From: Nitrososphaerota archaeon
GTDB lineage: Archaea > Thermoproteota > Nitrososphaeria_A > Caldarchaeales > Calditenuaceae
Direction: 5' to 3'
Assembly: GCA_038845265.1 (NCBI GenBank)
Contig: JAWBQR010000004.1
Location: 1 to 44,878 of the forward strand
DNA length: 44,878 bases
Notes under the pieces: generated by a model
Told to the model about the DNA's origin: nothing
Seen by the model: only the letters and a program-made list of their open reading frames with translations
Database searches by the model: none
In this document: one piece after another, positions 18,374 through 27,183 of the stretch
Numbering within the stretch: position 1 is the stretch's first letter
How the letters are laid out: every line of letters begins with the position of its first letter
Made by a program: the position numbers and the translations under genes

Positions 18374-19921
18374 ATGATTTGGCGTCCTTTTTTGTCTAGA
18401 GAATATGTCTTGCCTGAGCGAGTATATATTTTTGATACCACACTACGCGATGGAGAACAGACTGCGGGCGTCTCCCTTTGCATCGATGATAAATTATCAA
18501 TTGCAGAGGCATTGTCAGATATCGGAGTGGATATAATTGAGGCAGGGTTTCCAGCCGTATCTCCTGGTGAGCTAGATGCAATAAAGCAGATTGTGGAAAT
18601 GGGATTAAGGCCGAAAATTTGTGTTCTCAGTAGATGTGATGAGCGAGATATAGATTTGGCGGCCAATACAGGAGCAGACTGGATTCACTTATTTATTGCT
18701 ACCTCAGATCTACACATGAAGTATAAATTAAGGCTAGCTCCTGAGCAAGTTCTTAGCCGTGCAGTAGAAATGACTCAGTATGCAAAATCATATGGGATGA
18801 CTGTTCACTTCTCTGCGGAAGATGCTACGCGATCTGATTTTGATTTTCTCTTAAAAATATACAGGAGCGTCAAAGAGGCGGGTGCTGAGAGTATAGATAT
18901 ACCTGATACTGTCGGAATTGCTATTCCATATATTATGCGAAATCTAGCACGGATGATTAAAGAAGCTACAGGTATCCCTGTTGCGGTCCATTGTCACGAT
19001 GATCTAGGACTCGCAACGGCCAATACTTTGGCCGGTGTTGAAGGAGGAGCTGAGATAGTGCATGTAACAGTTAATGGAATTGGAGAAAGAGCAGGGAATG
19101 CAAGTCTTGAAGAAGTTGCTGCAGCTCTCAGATTCTTATATGGAATAGATATACGTATAAATCTCTCGAAAATTTGCGAGCTCTCTAGATTGGTTTCTTT
19201 AAAGACAGGCATATTGATACCTAAGAATAAGGCAATCGTAGGTCGTAATGCTTTTTCTCATGAAAGCGGAATACATGTCCATGGCGTAGTAAGCAATCCC
19301 ATCACATATGAGCCAATACTCCCAGAAGAGGTTGGACAATCAAGAAGAATAGTTATTGGCAAGCATTCAGGTACACACGCGGTACAAAAAATCCTAAAGG
19401 AACATGGTTATGATCTCGATCTTTTTCAAGTTAAACAGATTTTAGAAAAAGTAAAAGAGCTAGGCGACAGGGGTGAAAAAGTTTCTGAATACACGCTCCT
19501 AACACTGGTAAAAGAGGTCCTTAAAGGGGAGGCTAAACCTGCTGCATCCGTCATCGATTTCAAATTCTGGGGAGATAATAATATGAATAGAATTATAGTT
19601 GAAATGGATTTTTTAGGTAAAAAGGTTGTTGGGGAGGGTGAGTCTGAACATCTCGTTCATGCATCTATTAATGCAGTCTTATCTGCGTTGAAGGAGATTG
19701 CCAATGATGTTGAGTTTGTTGATTACGATATTTATTATCCACCTAGTGAGGAACGGCACCCGGTCGAGGCAGAAGTTATCCTGAGAATAGATGGACACGA
19801 CTTTATAGGTAGAGGATTAGGCCGAGGAATAGTACACAGCATTTTGAATGCAATGACAAGTGCAATTGGACAATATCTCATGCTCTTTAGGAGGCAAGGC
19901 CTGTTGAGGGAGAATACATGA
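18374..19921 (+). CDS. leuA: 2-isopropylmalate synthase (LeuA; citramalate synthase not excluded)
   Basis: DTTLRDGEQ, HLFIATSDLH, HCHDDLG, GIGERAGNA, HESGIH, GKHSG, C-terminal allosteric domain. ATG 18374 follows an AGGTGG SD; GTG 18365 and TTG 18410 are alternative starts. Confidence 0.85.
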   Translation: MIWRPFLSREYVLPERVYIFDTTLRDGEQTAGVSLCIDDKLSIAEALSDIGVDIIEAGFPAVSPGELDAIKQIVEMGLRPKICVLSRCDERDIDLAANTGADWIHLFIATSDLHMKYKLRLAPEQVLSRAVEMTQYAKSYGMTVHFSAEDATRSDFDFLLKIYRSVKEAGAESIDIPDTVGIAIPYIMRNLARMIKEATGIPVAVHCHDDLGLATANTLAGVEGGAEIVHVTVNGIGERAGNASLEEVAAALRFLYGIDIRINLSKICELSRLVSLKTGILIPKNKAIVGRNAFSHESGIHVHGVVSNPITYEPILPEEVGQSRRIVIGKHSGTHAVQKILKEHGYDLDLFQVKQILEKVKELGDRGEKVSEYTLLTLVKEVLKGEAKPAASVIDFKFWGDNNMNRIIVEMDFLGKKVVGEGESEHLVHASINAVLSALKEIANDVEFVDYDIYYPPSEERHPVEAEVILRIDGHDFIGRGLGRGIVHSILNAMTSAIGQYLMLFRRQGLLRENT

Positions 19922-21651
19922 AAGCAATAAATTTGTTAGTTAAGAAAATGGAAGAAATGGGAGTAGATGTAATTTTTGGCATACCCGGGGGGTCTAATTT
20001 ACCACTCTACGACGCCCTGTACGACTCAGATATAAATAGCATATTGATGAGACATGAGCAACAGGCCGCTCATGCTGCTGATGGGTATGCCAGAGTTAAA
20101 AAGAAGCCAGGAATAGTTACTGCCACCTCCGGTCCAGGAGCGACAAACCTGATTACTGGATTAGTAAATGCCGCAATGGATAGCGTGCCTATAGTTGCCC
20201 TGACAGGCCAAGTCATTCGTCCCTTCATGGGCACAGATGCTTTTCAGGAAGCCGATATTGTTGGACTAGTGCTTCCTCATGTTAAATATGCAACTACAGT
20301 GACAGACTCTATGAGATTGGTTAAGGAATTTGTTAATGCATATCACTGCGCCATTTCAGGTAGACCTGGACCAACGCTATTAGATATTCCGAGGGACGTT
20401 ATGCAAGAAGACATTAGTGAGGATAACAATATTGAGATTGGCCCCGACGAGGAGTTCCGCAGAAAGGCTGGGAAGCCTTCCGAATCAGAGCTCGAGCTGG
20501 CCGCTTCTCTAATATCATCCGCACATAGAATAACTATTCTTGTCGGCGGAGGAGTGCATTTCAGTGGCGCTACTAATGAAGTATTAAGATTGGCAGAGAT
20601 TATAGGAGCTCCAATCGTGACGACTATGCCTGGAAAAACATGTATTCCACAAGATCACCCGTTGGCTATGGGTGTCGTCGGCATGCATGGCAGACTAGAA
20701 GCGGATATGGCAATAATTAATTCTGACCTAGTTATATGCGTAGGTACGAGGCTATCAGATAGGGCTATCGGCCCTCCAACCGAGTTTCAAAAGAACCGAA
20801 AGATAATCCATATCGATATAGATGCGAGCGAGCTGGGTAAGAACGTCTCACCTACAGTCAAGCTAAATGGTGATGCTAAAGAGATTTTACAAAATTTGAT
20901 AAGTAAACTCAGCACCTACAAATTACCAAAAAATGATGCTGAATGGGTGGAAAAGTTACGAGAGCTAAGAAGAGCATATGAAGAATACATTATGAGCCAG
21001 GCGGACGAGTCAAGGATAAATTCATGGAAGCTTATTAAACTTATTAGAGAGGAGCTCCCTAGGTCAGCCATCGTCACGACTGGGGTCGGCCAGCATCAGA
21101 TGTGGGCTCAGCTCTTCTTCGAAGTCCTTGAGCCCGGAACATTCATAACTAGTGCTGGTTTAGGAACCATGGGTTTCGGACTCCCCGCCGCCTTTGGAGC
21201 CAAAGTAGCGGCACCCGATAGACTGGTTGTAAATATTGATGGGGATGGAAGTTTCCAAATGACATGTCAGACATTAAGCAACATCGCAGAGTACAATTAT
21301 CCAGTAATAACGGTTATTTTTGACAACCGTGCACTCGGAATGGTGAGACAGTGGCAAGACCTCTTCTACATGAAAAGATTCAAGGACGTTGACCTAACCG
21401 AGATAACAAACTTTGTTAAGCTCTCGGAAGCCTTTGGAGTTGAGGGAGTTCTAGCACAGAGCTATGACGAAGTTAGAAAAGCCTTGAGAAGAGCAATTAG
21501 AAATGATTATGCAATAGTTATAGATGTCCCAATTGATAAAAATGAAAAAGTTTTTCCAATGGTTCCACCAGGGAAATGGTTAGCCGAGTTTATTGGTCCT
21601 CCGGGGTTTGAGGCACATGGCAAAATATCAGCTTCAGTTATTACTAAGTAA
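19918..21651 (+). CDS. ilvB: Acetolactate synthase large subunit
   Basis: FGIPGG, RHEQQA, TSGPGATN, AFQEAD, GQHQMWA, GLGTMGFGLP, GDGSFQM, GMVRQWQ; ATGA overlap with leuA. Confidence 0.96.
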   Translation: MKAINLLVKKMEEMGVDVIFGIPGGSNLPLYDALYDSDINSILMRHEQQAAHAADGYARVKKKPGIVTATSGPGATNLITGLVNAAMDSVPIVALTGQVIRPFMGTDAFQEADIVGLVLPHVKYATTVTDSMRLVKEFVNAYHCAISGRPGPTLLDIPRDVMQEDISEDNNIEIGPDEEFRRKAGKPSESELELAASLISSAHRITILVGGGVHFSGATNEVLRLAEIIGAPIVTTMPGKTCIPQDHPLAMGVVGMHGRLEADMAIINSDLVICVGTRLSDRAIGPPTEFQKNRKIIHIDIDASELGKNVSPTVKLNGDAKEILQNLISKLSTYKLPKNDAEWVEKLRELRRAYEEYIMSQADESRINSWKLIKLIREELPRSAIVTTGVGQHQMWAQLFFEVLEPGTFITSAGLGTMGFGLPAAFGAKVAAPDRLVVNIDGDGSFQMTCQTLSNIAEYNYPVITVIFDNRALGMVRQWQDLFYMKRFKDVDLTEITNFVKLSEAFGVEGVLAQSYDEVRKALRRAIRNDYAIVIDVPIDKNEKVFPMVPPGKWLAEFIGPPGFEAHGKISASVITK

Positions 21652-21862
21652 TAAGCCAGAGGCTTTAGGAAAACTCATCCTGCTAATAAAGCAGGCACGA
21701 CTCAATTTGATGGAAGCAAACATCAAACGGCAGACAGACGAAATAATAAAGGCACAATTACTAATTGAGGGGAGAGAGGAGAAAGTGAACTGGTTAATTA
21801 CCAAACTAATGTTCTTCCCCTATTTTAAAAGAGTTGAGTATGTCAGTTCAGAGGCGACATAA
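21617..21862 (+). CDS. ACT-domain protein, putative AHAS regulatory subunit 1 (IlvN/IlvM-like)
   Basis: 81 aa; ACT-like pattern YQLQLLLSNKPEALGKL; overlaps the ilvB 3' end. Confidence 0.7.
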   Translation: MAKYQLQLLLSNKPEALGKLILLIKQARLNLMEANIKRQTDEIIKAQLLIEGREEKVNWLITKLMFFPYFKRVEYVSSEAT

Positions 21863-22156
21863 ATGAGTGTGGAAGAACCAAAAAAATTTATAATCAAAAT
21901 AGTCTTAAGCAATAATCAGAACGTTCTCGATGTTATCAAGCAAGTTATAAACTTCCAAGAAGGTGAAGTTAGGAGTTTATATTTAAGTCCAAAAGGATTG
22001 AACGGTGAAAGGGAAATGATAATTGAGTTCGAGGGTAAGGCCCCTTCAGTCAATTCATTGGTGAAAAATATAACTCAAATCGAGGGATGCGTCGAGTCGG
22101 TAGTCACAGAGTTTCCAGCCGCACTTATACAGACAGATGAAGAGGTGGGTAAATAA
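21863..22156 (+). CDS. ACT-like protein, putative AHAS regulatory subunit 2
   Basis: 97 aa; beta-alpha-beta-beta-alpha-beta-like pattern ending LVKNITQIEGCVESV; TAAATG junctions on both sides. Confidence 0.6.
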   Translation: MSVEEPKKFIIKIVLSNNQNVLDVIKQVINFQEGEVRSLYLSPKGLNGEREMIIEFEGKAPSVNSLVKNITQIEGCVESVVTEFPAALIQTDEEVGK

Positions 22157-23137
22157 ATGGCCAAGGTTTATTATGACAAAGACGCAACACTAAGGCCTTT
22201 ACAAGGCAAGACAATATCTGTAATTGGTTATGGAAGCCAAGGAAGAGCACAAGCATTGAATATGAGGGATTCAGGACTAAACGTAATAGTTGGATTACGA
22301 AGAGGGGGAAAAAGCTGGGATGAGGCCGTCAGGGATGGTTTTTCACCAGTAATGATAAAGGAAGCCGCCGCCTTAGGAGATGTCATAATGATGCTAGTGC
22401 CAGATGTGCCGATGCCGGAAATATATGAAAACGAGGTAGCAAAACAACTGACTAATGGGAAGACGCTCGTATTCGCGCATGGTTACAACGTGCATTTCAA
22501 GAGGATTATACCTCCAAATTTCGTAGATGTCGTCTTAGTGGCTCCGAAATCTCCAGGAGCATTGTTAAGACAAAAATTCCTAGAAGGAAAAGGAGTACCC
22601 TCATTGATAGCTGTTTATCAGGACAGGTCTGGTGAAGCTAGACAGACTGCATTGGCAATAGCGAAGGCTATAGGCTCTACTAGAGCAGGCGTCATAGAGA
22701 CGACATTTGAAGAAGAGACAGAAACAGACCTCTTAGGTGAGCAGGCGGTTCTAGTAGGCGGCGTTATGGAGCTTATCAAGAAAGGCTTCGAAGTACTCAT
22801 AGAGAATGGCTACCAGCCGGAGCTAGCTTATTATGAAGTATGCAATGAATTGAAGCTTATAGTAGACCTTATCTATGCCGGAGGACTTACAAACATGCTG
22901 AAGGGTGTTTCAGATACTGCTAAATTTGGTGGATTACTCGTAGGGCCAAGAATAGTTGATGAGCACGTGAAGAAAAATATGATCGAGGCTCTTAAAAGAA
23001 TAAAGAGTGGTGAATTCGAAAAACAATGGACAGGCAATCCTAATGCTTATCAAGATCTTTCAAAAATGATGGCTGAGATTGAGAAGCATCCAATCGAAAT
23101 AGTTGGTAAAGAACTCAGGAGACTAGCATTAATCTAA
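22157..23137 (+). CDS. ilvC: Ketol-acid reductoisomerase
   Basis: VIGYGSQGRAQALNMRDSG, FAHGYN, APKSPG, ETETDLLGEQAVLVGG, VSDTAKFG. Confidence 0.97.
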   Translation: MAKVYYDKDATLRPLQGKTISVIGYGSQGRAQALNMRDSGLNVIVGLRRGGKSWDEAVRDGFSPVMIKEAAALGDVIMMLVPDVPMPEIYENEVAKQLTNGKTLVFAHGYNVHFKRIIPPNFVDVVLVAPKSPGALLRQKFLEGKGVPSLIAVYQDRSGEARQTALAIAKAIGSTRAGVIETTFEEETETDLLGEQAVLVGGVMELIKKGFEVLIENGYQPELAYYEVCNELKLIVDLIYAGGLTNMLKGVSDTAKFGGLLVGPRIVDEHVKKNMIEALKRIKSGEFEKQWTGNPNAYQDLSKMMAEIEKHPIEIVGKELRRLALI

Positions 23138-23344
23138 CACTTTTTCTACTTTACCGTATATTTCTGCTTTTCCGCCTCTTGGTTTAGCAATTACTTCTTT
23201 ACATACCATGCATGTAACTATAGTCTTAGCTGTGTCTAGTATTATCTGTTTATTACCACAGTAGTTGCACATAACTATTAAAAATTTGGATGTTGGGCGT
23301 GGAATTAGCTTAGAGACATTGATTCTTGACAAGTATTGTATCAC
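23129..23344 (-). CDS. rps27e: 30S ribosomal protein S27e
   Basis: IPRPTSKFLIVMCNYCGN...CMVC...PRGGKA. Confidence 0.95.
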   Translation of the reverse strand: MIQYLSRINVSKLIPRPTSKFLIVMCNYCGNKQIILDTAKTIVTCMVCKEVIAKPRGGKAEIYGKVEKVLD

Positions 23345-23619
23345 CTCGCGATCTCAAGCTTTCTTAATCTTACTCCGGTTCTCATTGATTTCCTGCCACA
23401 TTTTTTGCATGTAAGAACCAATGTCTTCTTATCGGTTGTCTTCGCTTTATTTCTCTGGATTGGGTATTTTTGTCCACCGTATCCATGCAGCTCTCTTTCA
23501 TGTCTACGCGCACCTATTGCTAATCCCCTCTCCTTCCCCTTCCTATAAAGCGCAACCGTATGTTCAGTATGTTCATTGCACTTTGGACAATACGTGTTTA
23601 TCGAGTCCGGTACTTTCAT
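23341..23619 (-). CDS. rpl44e: 50S ribosomal protein L44e (start re-assigned to ATG 23619)
   Basis: MKVP...TYCPKCNEHTEH...GYGGQ...KAKTTDK...CKKCG. Confidence 0.96.
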   Translation of the reverse strand: MKVPDSINTYCPKCNEHTEHTVALYRKGKERGLAIGARRHERELHGYGGQKYPIQRNKAKTTDKKTLVLTCKKCGRKSMRTGVRLRKLEIAR

Positions 23620-23669
23620 CTTCTTGTATGACTGTGCATTGACCAAAATATAAATGATTATTAAAAATA

Positions 23670-25061
23670 CTACGCTGGCAGCCCTAATGATTTAAGTATT
23701 GAAACATGAAGTTCAGACTTTACGGGGAACCACATAAATAACCACCATAACTGTACACCTACGATCATTATTAATATCAATTTTCCAAATCGGTCATCCC
23801 ATAAGCTATGGGGTAGAGCTAATGCAATTGCAGGGACAGTCTGGATAAAATAGAATGTATAAACCCACCTATGTAGAAGATATCCAATTGGGAAGTATAC
23901 AAAGTAATTTAAGCAAATCCAAATAAATAAAAAGAAATCTATTAGTCTTTTTTCATCAACTGCTAAACGTCTTGATAAAAACATATATAAAAAGAAGTTC
24001 AGCGCTCCCGGCGCGGTTATTATCAAAATTATCCAAGTCAACCACCATATAGGCGAGTATATGCCATAATAGGCAATGGGCTTATATGAATATCCATCAA
24101 TGGTTACTTCTGTCACATAGTAAGGTGATGGAGCAAAAGTGTTGATCGGAATAGTCCACCTTAATGGCAGATCGATAATAACGCCTTCTTCTGAATAAGG
24201 ATTATCCTTATGAACGCAATAGAGATAAGCAAAATTCTCAACACAACGATAACTCAGAGAGGAGTGATAGTCCAAAATAAAATCGAGGTGGTCGAAAGGA
24301 CTTGGAAAGGCGCCATACGCATAGTCATAGACAGCTAATCCCGAGATAAATACTACTGCAGAAATTATGACTGAGAATGCAGCTGTGTTTAATCCTTTTT
24401 CTATCCTTTTACGTGGTTGTTCCTGTTTAAGTGCCGAATTAAAAGCATCTACAATAACAATAGCTGCTACACCGAAGGCAGATGATGTTTTACATAACAT
24501 TGAAAGCCCAAGCGAGATAGAACCGAGGACGCGTCTTTTGCTGAGAATTAGTAAAACGCCGAGTAAAAGAAACATGAGAGCAGGTGCATCAAGCATAGCT
24601 ATTGATGTTAGGTTGAAAGTCATAACATCGCCTATATATATAAGAGCCGTTGCTAATGCTAATTCTATTTTTCTTGTTAATCTATAAGATATTAGTAGCA
24701 ATAGTGCAACACTTATAGAACCTGATAAGGCGGAGAAAAATCTCCAACCAAGTGGATTATCTCCAAAAATTTTTATTCCTAACATAATCAAAAATTTACT
24801 GAGGGGGGGATGTTCATTATTTGAAGCTTCACCCATTAATAATTTTCTTACAGCAGGTATGTAATGAGCTTCATCAAAAACAAATCCGCATCCATCAAAA
24901 TTAGAAATGCACTCGCTAGGTGGCTTCTCCGGTGCGGGGTAATTTATAATCGCTAATTTTATCGCTAAAATGATAAATAAAAATAATAATGCGAGTACTT
25001 TTGGATTCTTGAGAAGTATTAATAACTTATCGGTATTTTTCTTAGTTTTAACATCCTTCAT
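23670..25061 (-). CDS. GT-C family 39 (PMT-like) lipid-phosphate-sugar:protein glycosyltransferase
   Basis: FVFDEAHY (DE motif), NNEHPPLSK, FGDNPLGWR, AMLD; multi-TM. Confidence 0.85.
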   Translation of the reverse strand: MKDVKTKKNTDKLLILLKNPKVLALLFLFIILAIKLAIINYPAPEKPPSECISNFDGCGFVFDEAHYIPAVRKLLMGEASNNEHPPLSKFLIMLGIKIFGDNPLGWRFFSALSGSISVALLLLISYRLTRKIELALATALIYIGDVMTFNLTSIAMLDAPALMFLLLGVLLILSKRRVLGSISLGLSMLCKTSSAFGVAAIVIVDAFNSALKQEQPRKRIEKGLNTAAFSVIISAVVFISGLAVYDYAYGAFPSPFDHLDFILDYHSSLSYRCVENFAYLYCVHKDNPYSEEGVIIDLPLRWTIPINTFAPSPYYVTEVTIDGYSYKPIAYYGIYSPIWWLTWIILIITAPGALNFFLYMFLSRRLAVDEKRLIDFFLFIWICLNYFVYFPIGYLLHRWVYTFYFIQTVPAIALALPHSLWDDRFGKLILIMIVGVQLWWLFMWFPVKSELHVSILKSLGLPA

Positions 25062-25070
25062 TTGCTCTCA

Positions 25071-25343
25071 TCACCGAGTTATTCGAATTTCTATGTAACT
25101 GATATATCTGTATTTGTCGCTTTCCTTTAATATTTCCGTTCCTATGATGATTTCCTTTATTGATAAATTAGTTATGAAACTCTTTTTTAACAAGTTAACG
25201 ACGTCTACACAGTTAGCAATTCTCTTTCCACGGGCCCTTAATAGTATTGATCTCTCTCCACGATTAAAGACTGTGATACAGGCAGTTACATATTTAATTA
25301 TTGGTTTTTTACCAACAATTATTAGTGGTTCTCTCGATAGCAA
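25071..25343 (-). CDS. albA: Alba DNA/RNA-binding protein
   Basis: IIVGKKP..YV, LRARG..I..CVDV, IIIGTE, ISYIEI. Confidence 0.88.
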   Translation of the reverse strand: MLSREPLIIVGKKPIIKYVTACITVFNRGERSILLRARGKRIANCVDVVNLLKKSFITNLSIKEIIIGTEILKESDKYRYISYIEIRITR

Positions 25344-25384
25344 GATTACCCCAATATGATTAAAATATTTTAAGAATTAAATCT

Positions 25385-27124
25385 TTAGAAAATTAATATT
25401 GGTATAAAAAAGGACAACACCATCAAGACAAGGTAAATAGTCAATAAATAACTGGATTTCTTCGCTAATCTAGCTAACATATCCTCGGAAAATATTTTTG
25501 AAAATTCGTGCCTGATCTTAATGTACTTTACTTCTGCTTCTTTAAGATCTGCTAGAAGATCCTTAGATAACTTTCCAAAGGTTTCAGAGACCTCTTTAAC
25601 GGTAATCTTTTCACCTATTGCGTAATACCCTTTCCCTCCAAGTGATACGCCATTAACTATGTGAGTATCAGTAGTTAATAATTCTACCATGTCCCAGCCA
25701 TCATTTCTTAATCTCTCAACGACGGCATTCCTCACAGAAGGTAGTGCATTGTTTCCATCAACTACAGCCAGCGCTAATCTCTTACCGGAGATTGAGAAAC
25801 CAAGTAAGGAAAATCCCCCTATTCCCACCCCGTCAGACAGCCCGTAATTTATTGGGACCGTTCTTTTAAATCCTATCAAAAACTTTCCACATACTTTTCC
25901 ATCATTTTTTATAGTAAAGTCAATTGCTTCAATGATAGAAGTTACATCCTCTTCTGTTAGTTCGTAAAATTTTTCCGAGTATGAATTGTGTGGATCCACT
26001 ATTAAGACATTATAATGATTCGCCATGTGCGAGATTATTTCTGGCAAGTCTTCCATTGGTTCTGGGTGAAGAGTCGGGATTAATATTGTTTTGCCATCTA
26101 AGACTAACCCCAATATACTCACTCGTCCATACTTAGATTGGGGATAGTAGCAGATTGTATCTGAGAAGACTGAATAACTATTTGTTACATTTTTAACTAT
26201 CTCTTCACATATCTTTTTTGACTGCTCATTTGAAACTAGATTTGCATGATGTCCAGTGCAACCTTTCAATACAATCCCCTCGATACCATATTCTTGTAGT
26301 TTATTCTCAATGTATGCATTGAGCATCGAGCTACCGACTGATCTGAAAGGCCCAAAATGGTAAGGTGGAATTATTACGGCGATCTTCTTTCCATCGATCC
26401 TCCTAAATAAAAAAGCCTCTGAAGTGCCACTATACTCTGAGCTAAGCCTCTCCAGCATATTCTCTAAAAAACTTTCATCACCACATAGAAGGGCATTTAC
26501 GAATCCACCTGCGAGCCTCAATGGACTGACATCCTCTTTAATAGGCCTTAACAGGATAAATAAGGAGAAAGCGGAGAATACACTACCCAGACATGCAGAT
26601 AAAGCAATCGCTGTCGAGTTAAAAAAGTCAGGATACAAAATTGCGAGCCCTAGGCCTCTGAATATAGGTTCTATAAATCCAGATAAATATCCCCTTAGCA
26701 ATGACCCCTGTGTAAACGTGGTGAGAATTGTCGTCCTGATAAATATGTTGAGTGATAATGCCGAATAGATCATAATCGTGTAAGTTTGGGCAGAATTTTC
26801 CAGATAGCTAATTAAGGCGCCTACACTTGCCCCAGCTAGGAAAAAATAGTTTTCCAAAAGTGACAAGTGATTAAGTCTTCTAAAACTTGTGACTCTAAAG
26901 CTTTTAAGAATAAATCGCTTCGAGAATACATTTACTGAAATTGGCAGAAGTCCATTAACCAGAACATTGTATAAGACTGGATATAAATAATTTATATGGG
27001 CTGCAACTCCCTGTAGTAATCCCATGAGCATTCCAGTAAGTATTAAGAAGAAATAGGCATAACCTGATCCCGGAACTTTAAACAAGAAACGATACTTTGA
27101 AGCCATCGAACTCGTCGGCTGCAT
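25385..27124 (-). CDS. DUF2070 family membrane protein
   Basis: Multi-TM N-terminus; HFGPFRSVGSS, VDPHNS, VDGNN, TTDTHIVNG. Confidence 0.85.
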   Translation of the reverse strand: MQPTSSMASKYRFLFKVPGSGYAYFFLILTGMLMGLLQGVAAHINYLYPVLYNVLVNGLLPISVNVFSKRFILKSFRVTSFRRLNHLSLLENYFFLAGASVGALISYLENSAQTYTIMIYSALSLNIFIRTTILTTFTQGSLLRGYLSGFIEPIFRGLGLAILYPDFFNSTAIALSACLGSVFSAFSLFILLRPIKEDVSPLRLAGGFVNALLCGDESFLENMLERLSSEYSGTSEAFLFRRIDGKKIAVIIPPYHFGPFRSVGSSMLNAYIENKLQEYGIEGIVLKGCTGHHANLVSNEQSKKICEEIVKNVTNSYSVFSDTICYYPQSKYGRVSILGLVLDGKTILIPTLHPEPMEDLPEIISHMANHYNVLIVDPHNSYSEKFYELTEEDVTSIIEAIDFTIKNDGKVCGKFLIGFKRTVPINYGLSDGVGIGGFSLLGFSISGKRLALAVVDGNNALPSVRNAVVERLRNDGWDMVELLTTDTHIVNGVSLGGKGYYAIGEKITVKEVSETFGKLSKDLLADLKEAEVKYIKIRHEFSKIFSEDMLARLAKKSSYLLTIYLVLMVLSFFIPILIF

Positions 27125-27183
27125 TTTTCTCTGGGACTAACTTGAAATATGGACGCTTAAAAACTCTCCTTACCTTAACAACC

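Noticed and set aside
18362-18389. T-box antiterminator look-alike (AAGG-TGGTTCGA-ATG...CGT-CCTT), with an ATC codon in the bulge of the upstream helix
   Set aside because: The bulge is 8 nt and lacks ACC; there are no stem I AG/T-loop motifs and no competing terminator hairpin. GGTGG is explained as the SD, and I know of no archaeal T-boxes. A covariance-model search would settle it.
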